Under the pieces are notes generated by a model. That model was not told the DNA's origin. It worked only from the letters and a program-made list of their open reading frames with translations, and searched no databases. Below are positions 32,073 through 44,634 of a stretch of 64,000 nucleotides of DNA, piece by piece; the stretch's first letter is position 1, and each line of letters begins with the position of its first letter. Origin of the DNA: Pseudomonadota bacterium (lineage in GTDB: Bacteria; Pseudomonadota; Gammaproteobacteria; Halothiobacillales; Halothiobacillaceae); contig JBMOQP010000029.1 in the NCBI GenBank assembly GCA_049322715.1, positions 14,714-78,713 of the forward strand, read 5' to 3'. The translations under genes were made by a program, and so were the position numbers.

Positions 32073-34297
32073 AACAGACCACCATTCACAAGCATCGTCT
32101 GGCGCAAGCGGCGGAATCCATCCCTGGATTCCGCCCTTCGGGTGACGCCGCGCGCCCCAGCGCCGTTCCCTTCGGCGCTGTTATTGCCCTCACCCTGGGC
32201 CTTGGCCTCCATGCCGCCTGGGCGGAGAACGTCATTCAGGGCATGAATGTCACCAACACCCCCGACGGCGGCATGCAGATCCGCTTTACCCTGGCCACCC
32301 CGCCGCAGAGCGCCCCCAGCCACTTCAGCATCGAGCAGCCGTCCCGCATCGCCCTGGACTTCCAGGACACCAAGCTCGGCCTGGACAAGCGATTCCAGAG
32401 CATCGAAAGCAGCGCGGTGAACGACGTCCGCTTCGCCGAGTCGGGCGGCCGCACCCGTGCGGTCATCGGCCTGAAGGGAAATGCCGCCTACGACATCAAG
32501 ACGGAAGGCCAGGACGTCATCCTGGCCATCCAGCCCGAGAGCCGCCAAGCGAGCATGGAGGCCGCCAGCACCCAGCAGCCCCTGACGGACACGGTCGATG
32601 CCGCCGAAGTGGATTTCCGCCGGGGCAGCCAGGGCGAAGGCCGCCTGGTCGTCAAACTTGCACGCCCCAACGTGCCGATGACCATGAACGCCGAAGGGCG
32701 TCGCCTGATCATCGACCTGCCGCAAACCCGCCTGACTGCAGAGCAATACGACGTTGCCGATTTTGCCACCCCGGTGAGCAAGGTCAGCGTGCAGCAGCGC
32801 GGCGCCGGATCGCGCCTGATCGTCGAGACCAGCGCCCCGTTCGACAAACTGGCCTACCAGGCCGACAACCAGCTCACCGTCGAGGTACGCCCCCTGCCGA
32901 AGGAGCAGCCTGCCACGGCCGGCCTGGGACCCAAGACCTACCAGGGCGAACGACTCACCCTCAAGTTCCAGGACATCGAGATCCGCCCCCTGCTGCAATT
33001 GCTGGCCGACTTCACTGGCAACAACATCGTGGTCAGCGACAGCGTCCAGGGGCGCATGAGCCTGCGCCTGGAGAATGTGCCCTGGGACCAGGCCATGGAC
33101 CTGATCCTGACCACCAAGGGCCTGTCCCAGCGCAAGAGCGGCAATGTCATCTTCGTGGCCCCGACGGCGGAGATCACCGCGCGCGAGAAGGCCGAGATGG
33201 AGGCGCGCAAGCAGAGCGAGGATCTCGCCCCGCTCATGTCGGAGTTCATGCAGGTCAATTACGCCAAGGCTTCCGACATCGCCAAGCTCCTGCGCCCGAC
33301 CGCGGTGCCAGGCGCCGCGGCACCCGTAGCGGGCACGACAGGAACCGTGGCCGCCCGCCAGGTCGGCTTCCTCAGCCCGCGCGGCACGCTCACCGTGGAT
33401 GAGCGCACCAACACCCTGCTGGTCAACGACACTCCGGACAGTCTGGACAAGATCCGCGACCTGGTGAAGAAGCTCGACACCCCGATCAAGCAGGTGCTGA
33501 TCGAGTCGCGCATCGTCATCGCCACGGATGACTTCTCGCGCGAACTGGGGCTCAAGTGGGGTGTGACTGGCGCCTTCAACACCAGCGGCGACCCGATCCT
33601 CTTGAGCGGCAATGCGACCGGCACAGGGGGCATGGCCACCAATATCGGCTCGGGCAGCGCCCCCGGCGTACCGAGCCTCGGGGACCGCTTCAACATCAAC
33701 ATGCCCGCCGGAAGCTTCACCGGCAAGCCGGTCAGCGGCAGCCTGGGCCTGGCCGTACTCGGTTCCAACGTGCTCGTGGACCTCGAACTGCAGGCTTTGC
33801 AGGTCGAAGGCAAGGGCGAGATCGTATCCAGCCCGCGCGTGATCACCGCCAATGGCCAGAAGGCCACCATCAAGCAGGGCAAGGAAATCCCCTACCTGGA
33901 ACAGACCTCGAGCGGTGCCACCAACATCGAATTCAAGGAGGCCGTGCTCGCGACCGAAGTCACCCCGCAGATCACGCCCAACAACGACGTGATCATGGAC
34001 ATCAAGGTGCAGAAGGACGAGCCGGACTTCACCCGTTCGATCAATGGTGTCCCGCCCATCGACAAGCGCGAGGTCAACACCAAGGTCCAGGTCCAGAACG
34101 GCGAGACCGTCGTGCTGGGGGGCATTTATGAGATCAGCAGCGCCGACCAGATCAACAAGATCCCCTTCCTTGGCGATCTCCCGATTCTGGGCCATCTATT
34201 CAAGACCAACGGCACCAAGAGCAACAAGTTCGAACTCATCATCTTCGTGACCCCGCGCATCGTCGAAAACGGCGTGATGGTCAATCCGAACAACTAA
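32069..34297 (+). CDS. pilQ: type IV pilus secretin PilQ
   Basis: 742 aa. AMIN-like N-terminal repeats. Secretin C-terminal domain (VQNGETVVLGGIYE, PFLGDLPILGHLF). ATGA overlap with pilP. Confidence 0.95.
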   Translation: MKQTTIHKHRLAQAAESIPGFRPSGDAARPSAVPFGAVIALTLGLGLHAAWAENVIQGMNVTNTPDGGMQIRFTLATPPQSAPSHFSIEQPSRIALDFQDTKLGLDKRFQSIESSAVNDVRFAESGGRTRAVIGLKGNAAYDIKTEGQDVILAIQPESRQASMEAASTQQPLTDTVDAAEVDFRRGSQGEGRLVVKLARPNVPMTMNAEGRRLIIDLPQTRLTAEQYDVADFATPVSKVSVQQRGAGSRLIVETSAPFDKLAYQADNQLTVEVRPLPKEQPATAGLGPKTYQGERLTLKFQDIEIRPLLQLLADFTGNNIVVSDSVQGRMSLRLENVPWDQAMDLILTTKGLSQRKSGNVIFVAPTAEITAREKAEMEARKQSEDLAPLMSEFMQVNYAKASDIAKLLRPTAVPGAAAPVAGTTGTVAARQVGFLSPRGTLTVDERTNTLLVNDTPDSLDKIRDLVKKLDTPIKQVLIESRIVIATDDFSRELGLKWGVTGAFNTSGDPILLSGNATGTGGMATNIGSGSAPGVPSLGDRFNINMPAGSFTGKPVSGSLGLAVLGSNVLVDLELQALQVEGKGEIVSSPRVITANGQKATIKQGKEIPYLEQTSSGATNIEFKEAVLATEVTPQITPNNDVIMDIKVQKDEPDFTRSINGVPPIDKREVNTKVQVQNGETVVLGGIYEISSADQINKIPFLGDLPILGHLFKTNGTKSNKFELIIFVTPRIVENGVMVNPNN
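32102..32159 (+). repeat. REP-like element family C copy lying inside the pilQ 5' coding region
   Basis: gcgcaagcggcggaatccatccctggattccgcccttcgggtgacgccgcgcgcccca. The 10-bp inverted repeat ggcggaatcc/ggattccgcc is shared almost exactly with 55322-55378. Confidence 0.75.
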
Positions 34298-34313
34298 GAA
34301 GGACTCACCAGCC

Positions 34314-36239
34314 ATGCGGACGTGGACACGCAAAGCCCTCCTGACCCTGACCCTCGCAGCCCCACTGGCCATGCTCTCAGCCTGTGGTGGTGGAGGCGGC
34401 GGCGGCCTTTTTGAGGACACCAGCGGCGGTACAACGAACCCTGCAGCATCTGCCGCATCAATCCTGGTTACCGCGGACAAGACATCCATCACCACGGACA
34501 ATCTTGATACCGCAACCATCCAGGCGGTGGTCAAAGACGCAAGCAACCGGCTTCTCAAGGATGTGCCTGTTGAGTTCACCAGCAGCCTTGCAACAGGTGA
34601 CCTGCGGGTACTTTCGTCGGTGACCGACGCTTCGGGCGTGATCGAGGCGACATTCAAATCAGGCACAAGCTACTCGACCGGCCTGGCGATCATCAGTGCG
34701 AAAGTCACTGGCACGGCCCTTTCGAACAGCGTGCCCATCGTCGTTGAAGGCTCGAGCTTTACTGCAGACGTCGCAGAGGCGACCCTTCAGACCGGACAGA
34801 GCCAAACCGTGACGTACACCGCCACCACCGGAGGCGGCGAACCGGCGCGCAATGTGTCGATCTGTCTCGACTTCAACTCGACCTACCTGCAGGTCAGTGG
34901 GAACCTGTCCGCCACATCGGACTGCGCCCATGCGATTTACACGGACGTTGCAACAGGCCGCGCGACCATTTCGGTACAGGCCATTGCCCAAGGCAACACG
35001 ACGCTGCGGGCAGAGGCCCTCGGCATTACGACGGAAACGGCCTTCACCATCACACAGGCTGGCATGAGCGTGGCCCAGCCGGTTGCGGGCGCGACCCACC
35101 CCAACGACCAGTCTCTCCAGGTTCAAGTCAACGTCCCTGGCTACAGCGGCACCATCCGCTTCGCCACGACCGCAGGAACATGGAGCAACGGCCAGCCCAC
35201 CATAGACGTGGCCGTGGGCGGCGGAGTTGCCAGCGCAACGCTGTCGGCCGGAATGCCGCAAGGCCGAGTCGACATCACAGCAACCAAGCTCGATGGCTCG
35301 AACTCGAACGTCTCCACCTATGTTTATGCCTACGACCCTGTGGCGCTGAATGACAGCAACACCTTCATCAAGCTGGAAATCGCCCCAACGTCGCTGCCCG
35401 CGGGCAGCGACGCGCGCGCCGATCTCAAGGCAACGGTCCAGAAGGATCTTGGCGGCGGCAACCTGGTGACCGCGCCTCCCGGCACCCTGGTAAGCTATCA
35501 AATCTCCGCAAGCACGGGCGGCGGCGAGTACATCACTCTTCCGACCGATGACACCGATCCGGCCGGCATTGCACTTTCCCAACTGGTCGCGGGCTCGACG
35601 GCATCTGCCGCCAACGGGGTCAAGGTCAGGGCTTGCGTAGTCGGGACGAACAAGTGCGCGGAAGAGTCGCTGACCATCGTCGACCAACCCGGCTCCATCA
35701 CGATCGGGGAGGCCACCATCATCCGTCCCACCGCGGATGACACAGCCTATGAGTACCCGCTTTCCGTGATCGTGTCGGACGTCAACGGCGGCCTTCTCAG
35801 CGGCGTGCCCGTCAATCTGAGCGTCTGGCCCGTTGAGTTCGCCACCGGCTGCCGCAATGCGGAGGGCGCACCGATCAACTGCTCGGACCTGGCATACACG
35901 TTCTATCCGAACGAAGATTTGAACATGAATGTCACCCGGGATGTCTCCGAATCGCCCACGGCCGGACGCACCGACTGCGGTTCCGGCAGCTGCGCGCTCC
36001 TGCCGCCGAACAGCGCCGCAGGCACACTCCCCTCAAGCGTCACGACCGGCAGCAACGGACTGGCGACCTTCAATCTCACCTACCTCAAGGAGCAGGCTAG
36101 CTTCCTGAGAGTGCGGGTCACCGCCCGTGCCTCGGTGCAAGGCTCCGAGGTCGAGACTTCGAAAGAATTCGTGCTCCGTTTCGCAGAGGACGACAAGGAA
36201 TACCTCCCCCAGAGCCCCTACAACCAGTATTTCCGTTGA
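34314..36239 (+). CDS. lipoprotein with multiple bacterial Ig-like (Big_1/invasin-like) domains
   Basis: 641 aa. Lipobox LSAC followed by a Gly7 linker. At least four segments of about 95 aa carry the Big_1-like pattern (for example SILVTADKTSITTDNLDTATIQAVVKDASNRLLKDVPVEFTSS...DASGVIEATFKSG). The C-terminal domain contains several Cys. GAAGGA RBS. Confidence 0.8.
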   Translation: MRTWTRKALLTLTLAAPLAMLSACGGGGGGGLFEDTSGGTTNPAASAASILVTADKTSITTDNLDTATIQAVVKDASNRLLKDVPVEFTSSLATGDLRVLSSVTDASGVIEATFKSGTSYSTGLAIISAKVTGTALSNSVPIVVEGSSFTADVAEATLQTGQSQTVTYTATTGGGEPARNVSICLDFNSTYLQVSGNLSATSDCAHAIYTDVATGRATISVQAIAQGNTTLRAEALGITTETAFTITQAGMSVAQPVAGATHPNDQSLQVQVNVPGYSGTIRFATTAGTWSNGQPTIDVAVGGGVASATLSAGMPQGRVDITATKLDGSNSNVSTYVYAYDPVALNDSNTFIKLEIAPTSLPAGSDARADLKATVQKDLGGGNLVTAPPGTLVSYQISASTGGGEYITLPTDDTDPAGIALSQLVAGSTASAANGVKVRACVVGTNKCAEESLTIVDQPGSITIGEATIIRPTADDTAYEYPLSVIVSDVNGGLLSGVPVNLSVWPVEFATGCRNAEGAPINCSDLAYTFYPNEDLNMNVTRDVSESPTAGRTDCGSGSCALLPPNSAAGTLPSSVTTGSNGLATFNLTYLKEQASFLRVRVTARASVQGSEVETSKEFVLRFAEDDKEYLPQSPYNQYFR

Positions 36240-36260
36240 GGAACACCACGCATCGGCTCC

Positions 36261-36292
36261 GAAGCCCGGCACCCGCCGGGCTTTCTTGCTTT
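36261..36292 (+). terminator. rho-independent terminator after the Big-domain lipoprotein gene
   Basis: agcccggc-accc-gccgggct followed by ttcttgcttt. Confidence 0.75.
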
Positions 36293-36320
36293 ATGGCCCC
36301 GCCGTTGGCATAAAGCGCGC

Positions 36321-36842
36321 ATGACACCAAGCATCTTCCTCGTCGGCCCCATGGGAGCCGGCAAATCCACATCCGGGCGGCTACTGGCACGCACATTGGG
36401 CCTGACCTTCATCGACAGCGACAAGGTGATCGAGGAGCGCACCGGCGCGACCATCCCGCTCATCTTCGAACTGGAGGGCGAGGCGGGCTTCCGCGTGCGC
36501 GAGCGCGCCGTGATTGATGACCTGACCCGGGAAACCGGCATCGTGCTGGCCACCGGCGGGGGGGCGATCCTGGCGCCCGAGAACCGCGAGGTACTGCGCT
36601 CGCGCGGCAAGGTGGTGTACCTCCATGCATCCATCGACCACCAGATGGAGCGCACGGCCCATGACCGCAACCGCCCGCTGCTGCAAACGCCGGACCGGCG
36701 CGGGAAGCTGGAGGAGTTGATGAAGATCCGCGAGCCGCTCTACCGCGAGGCCGCGCATCTCGTGGTAGAAACCGACGGCCTCACGCCAAAGACCGTGGTG
36801 CAGCGCATTATCCGAGGACTGAAACTGGACGGACGCAGCTAG
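36321..36842 (+). CDS. aroK: shikimate kinase
   Basis: 173 aa with Walker [10 protein letters not shown]. Confidence 0.95.
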   Translation: MTPSIFLVGPMGAGKSTSGRLLARTLGLTFIDSDKVIEERTGATIPLIFELEGEAGFRVRERAVIDDLTRETGIVLATGGGAILAPENREVLRSRGKVVYLHASIDHQMERTAHDRNRPLLQTPDRRGKLEELMKIREPLYREAAHLVVETDGLTPKTVVQRIIRGLKLDGRS

Positions 36843-36843
36843 T

Positions 36844-36976
36844 AACCCGGCGTTTGAAAAGGCCGGGTTAATCCGAGGCATGAATGCCTCGGCGCGGCAA
36901 TAAGTCGCGTAAGCCAAGGCCGGGCGTGTACCGGCCGAGGCTGCGCCCCCAAATACCATGGAAGGTATTTGGGGGC
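36844..36976 (+). repeat. REP-like element family B (about 133 bp), copy 1
   Basis: Starts 2 nt after the aroK stop with the hairpin aacccggc...gccgggtt. It aligns over its whole length, at roughly 85% identity by hand, with 44407-44537 after gltB. The shared core is ggcatgaatgcc..ggcgcggc..taagccaaggccgggcgtgtaccggcc. Confidence 0.85.
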
Positions 36977-37051
36977 CGGATAAAAGTTACCCTCGGGGCG
37001 CACCAGGATGGAAGGAAACGGAGCCTCCCGGCTTCCGGCATGCGCCTTTGG

Positions 37052-37146
37052 CCGGCTACGGCGCTGCCAAGCGCTCCAGGACCGTAGCCGGATGGAGTAA
37101 AACGAAATCCGGGGCAATCCCAGGGAGCACCGCGCTCCCGGATTGC
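37052..37146. repeat. further nested GC-rich hairpins in the aroK-aroB spacer
   Basis: Hairpin 37052-37091: ccggctacgg...ccgtagccgg (10-bp stem) enclosing cgct-gcca-agcg. Hairpin 37114-37146: gcaatcc-ca-gggagc-accgc-gctccc-ggattgc (13 paired bases). Confidence 0.6.
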
Positions 37147-37214
37147 ACTGCGTTCCATCCGGGCTTTGGCGCTTTTGATTACAATGCACGCATGAACCAC
37201 CCCACCTGCCCCCC

Positions 37215-38381
37215 ATGCACACCCTGAACGTTGACCTCGGCGACCGCAGCTATCCCATCTACATCGGCCAGGGGCTGCTCGACCAACCCGAACTGCTCCG
37301 CCAGCACATCCCCGGCAAGAACGCGCTGGTGGTGACCAATACCACCGTCGCCCCGCTCTACCGCTCCCGGCTGGACCAGGCGCTGGAAGGACTGCGGGTC
37401 GAGACGGTGGTGCTGCCCGATGGCGAGGCCTACAAGTCGATCGAGAGCCTGCAAAAGATCTGGGATGCGCTGGTGCTGGGTCGCTTCGACCGCAATACCA
37501 CCCTGATCGCCCTCGGCGGCGGGGTGATCGGCGACATCACCGGCTTTGCCGCAGCGAGCTACCAGCGCGGCGTGCACTTCATCCAGATCCCCACTACCCT
37601 GCTCGCGCAGGTGGACTCCTCGGTCGGCGGCAAGACCGGCATCAACCATCCCGGCGGCAAGAACATGATCGGCGCATTCTGGCAGCCGCGTGCCGTGATC
37701 GCCGACACCGACACGCTCGACACCCTGCCGGATCGAGAGCTCTCCGCCGGCCTGGCGGAGGTCATCAAGTACGGCCTGATCTATGACGAGCCCTTCCTCG
37801 CCTGGATCGAGGCCCACGTCGAGCGCCTGCGCGCGCGTGACGCCGAAGCCCTCGCTTACGCCATCCGCCGCTCGTGCGAGATCAAGGCCGAAGTCGTCGG
37901 CCAGGACGAGCGCGAAAGCGGCCTGCGCGCCATCCTCAACCTCGGCCATACCTTCGGCCACGCCATCGAGACCGCCACCGGCTATGGCAACTGGCTGCAC
38001 GGCGAGGCCGTGGGCGCCGGCATGTGCATGGCCGCGCGCCTGTCCGAGCTGGAGGGCTGGATCAGCGCGGCGGACGCGGCCCGCACCCGCGCCATCATCG
38101 AACGCGCCGGGCTGCCCACCCACGCCCCGCAGGGCATGACCCGCGAGCAGTTCCAGCACCTGATGGGCATCGACAAGAAGGTGCTGGATGGCAGGCTGCG
38201 CCTGGTCCTGCTGCAACGCATCGGCGAGGCGCGGGTGACCGGCGACTTCTCGCCCGCCAACCTGATCACCTGCCTCGATGAATTCACCCAAAGCGCCGTA
38301 GGGAAGGGCGCTGAATCGCCTAACGAACCCGAAGGGGGCCAGGCGGGACAGCCCGGCCCCCGCCCCGTGGAGCCCCGCTGA
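37215..38381 (+). CDS. aroB: 3-dehydroquinate synthase
   Basis: 388 aa with GGGVIGD and NLGHTFGHA motifs. About 25 aa of Gly/Pro-rich C-terminal tail beyond the usual end. Confidence 0.95.
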   Translation: MHTLNVDLGDRSYPIYIGQGLLDQPELLRQHIPGKNALVVTNTTVAPLYRSRLDQALEGLRVETVVLPDGEAYKSIESLQKIWDALVLGRFDRNTTLIALGGGVIGDITGFAAASYQRGVHFIQIPTTLLAQVDSSVGGKTGINHPGGKNMIGAFWQPRAVIADTDTLDTLPDRELSAGLAEVIKYGLIYDEPFLAWIEAHVERLRARDAEALAYAIRRSCEIKAEVVGQDERESGLRAILNLGHTFGHAIETATGYGNWLHGEAVGAGMCMAARLSELEGWISAADAARTRAIIERAGLPTHAPQGMTREQFQHLMGIDKKVLDGRLRLVLLQRIGEARVTGDFSPANLITCLDEFTQSAVGKGAESPNEPEGGQAGQPGPRPVEPR

Positions 38382-39757
38382 TGAACGCGACCGATGCCCC
38401 CATGGACACCCCCCATCCGCTGCATGAGCGGGTCGAACTGATCGTCCACCTGCTCAAGTTCAGTGACCGCCTGTTCGCCATCATGAGCCCGGCCACGGAC
38501 GAGCTCCACACGTTCACCGACCTGCTCATCAAGGAAGGCGGGGCAGGCCTGCTGTTCGCGCGGGTCCAACCCGACATCGCCCTGAATGCAGAAGACGTGG
38601 CCACCGACCTCGCCAGGGCATGGGGGATCGAACTCAATCTCGGCGAGTCGGCCATGCAGGCCATCGAACAGCGGCTCCCCGAACTGCTGCCCGAGCCTCG
38701 CCGGGCCGTTGCCATCATCGAGGATGTCGAGCGCCTGCCCCCCCATGCCCTCGATGAGCTCATCGGCTTCATGCAGCGCCTCGACAGCCAGACTGGCGGC
38801 CGGGTACGGCTGGCGTTGCTCGGCGGATCCAATCTGGCTGGCCAGCTCCAGCAAATGCAGAGTCTGGAGGCTGGCGGCCAGGTCTATGCACTCCATCTCG
38901 CCCCGCCTCCCGCCGAGGCCTTTGCAGACATGGCGACCAGCGTCCCGGGCGACGCGCCCCCCGTCTTCGAGCGCCCCGCCCCGCGCAGCAGCGAGGCTCC
39001 CGCCCTCCCCGGGCGCGCCTTGCTCATCGGCGGCGTCGCCGCCTCCCTCGCCCTTGCCGTGGCCATCGCCCTGCTGATGCGGCCTGGCGAGCCCGAAGTG
39101 GCGAAAGACCAGCAGGTCAGCGTACCGCTCAGGAGCGAAACGATCGCGAGCCTGCCAGTTGCGCCCCTTCCGGCACCGACACCCGGGGTCGTAACCGGCG
39201 AACCGGTGGCGCCCGCCGCCCCCGCGCCGATCGGCCACCAACTGACCGAATCCGTTACGGACGCGGGGGGGGCAAACGCCCCCATGATGCCCCCCCTGCC
39301 AGTGGCTCCCATGAGCACACCCCAGCCTGCCGCCCCCACCCCGGCAGAGGTCAAGCCCAGCGCGCCTGCGCCCACGGTGGAGCCGAAACCCAGTGCTCCG
39401 GCAGCCATGCCCACGGCGGAGCCGAAGCCGAGCCTGCCTGCGCCCAAACCGGCCGCCCAGCCGGCGAAGAAGGCTGCCAACTGGTACGCCCAGCAGAAGG
39501 GTGATCAGTACGTCCTGCAGGTGGTCAGCCTCAAGTCCGGCGCGGAAGTCGACCAGTTCATCAGCCGGCATGGCCTGAAGGACTGCCATAGCTTCCGCCA
39601 GCTGCGCGACGGGCAGACCCTGCACACCCTCACCTGCGGCCTCTACTCCAGCCGCGACGCGGCCAGCCAGGCATCCGCGAAGCTGCCGGAGAAGGCGCGG
39701 GCGGGCAAGCCCTTCCCCCGCAGGATCGACGATATCCGCAAGATCATGCAGCCGTAA
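38381..39757 (+). CDS. SPOR domain-containing protein (DamX-like, with ExeA/AAA-like N-terminal region)
   Basis: 458 aa with an ATGA overlap with aroB. Central TM helix (LLIGGVAASLALAVAIALLM), Pro/Ala-rich linker and C-terminal SPOR-like domain (YVLQVVSLKSGAEVDQFISRHGL...GLYSSRDAASQASAKLP). Same position as damX in E. coli and PA5037 in P. aeruginosa. Confidence 0.8.
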   Translation: MNATDAPMDTPHPLHERVELIVHLLKFSDRLFAIMSPATDELHTFTDLLIKEGGAGLLFARVQPDIALNAEDVATDLARAWGIELNLGESAMQAIEQRLPELLPEPRRAVAIIEDVERLPPHALDELIGFMQRLDSQTGGRVRLALLGGSNLAGQLQQMQSLEAGGQVYALHLAPPPAEAFADMATSVPGDAPPVFERPAPRSSEAPALPGRALLIGGVAASLALAVAIALLMRPGEPEVAKDQQVSVPLRSETIASLPVAPLPAPTPGVVTGEPVAPAAPAPIGHQLTESVTDAGGANAPMMPPLPVAPMSTPQPAAPTPAEVKPSAPAPTVEPKPSAPAAMPTAEPKPSLPAPKPAAQPAKKAANWYAQQKGDQYVLQVVSLKSGAEVDQFISRHGLKDCHSFRQLRDGQTLHTLTCGLYSSRDAASQASAKLPEKARAGKPFPRRIDDIRKIMQP

Positions 39758-39796
39758 CGGACCAAACCCGCGCGACCGCCCCGGTCGCGCCCCGCC

Positions 39797-39825
39797 TTGT
39801 CCCGGGCGCCTCTCACGTCTAAAAT
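39797..39825 (+). promoter_or_regulatory. weak candidate sigma-70 promoter for gltB
   Basis: TTGTCC (39797-39802), a 17-nt spacer, then TAAAAT (39820-39825). Confidence 0.3.
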
Positions 39826-39924
39826 GTCCGACCATTTTGCCCTTGACAACCCGGGCAAGGACATCGGCTGCCCCCTGCGGGCGCCGATATTCCAATGCCA
39901 AGCGAGAGTTGGACACACCCAGCA

Positions 39925-44388
<4,464 letters not shown>

Positions 44389-44406
44389 CCCGGCCCAGGC
44401 ACGATG

Positions 44407-44537
44407 AACCCGGCTCTTAAAGACCGGGTTCATCTGGGGCATGAATGCCCTGGCGCGGCGTAAAGCCGCGTAAGCCAAGGCCGGGCGTGTACCGGCCTTG
44501 GCCGCCGCCCAAAGGTACCAGGAAGGTATTTTGGGGC
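44407..44537 (+). repeat. REP-like element family B, copy 2
   Basis: Begins 19 nt after the gltB stop, in the same orientation and architecture as 36844-36976. Confidence 0.85.
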
Positions 44538-44555
44538 TAGTTTAATACCCCCCGA

Positions 44556-44587
44556 CAAGGCCCTGCGATGCGGGGCCTTGCTTTTTC
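44556..44587 (+). terminator. rho-independent terminator between gltB and dnaG
   Basis: caaggccc-tgcgatgcg-gggccttg followed by cttttt. Confidence 0.75.
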
Positions 44588-44634
44588 CGGGCCTCGGCTA
44601 CACTCATTCCCTTGTGCCCCCCACCACCTCGAGC

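Noticed and set aside
36990-37030. A caccaggatggaaggaaacggagcc motif that faintly recalls the conserved domain IV of 4.5S/SRP RNA.
   Set aside because: The characteristic GGAAGCAGCC/AGGUCCGGAAGG helix and the overall ~110-nt hairpin cannot be built. The motif recurs as ccaggaaggtatt in the family B repeat, so it belongs to the repeat.
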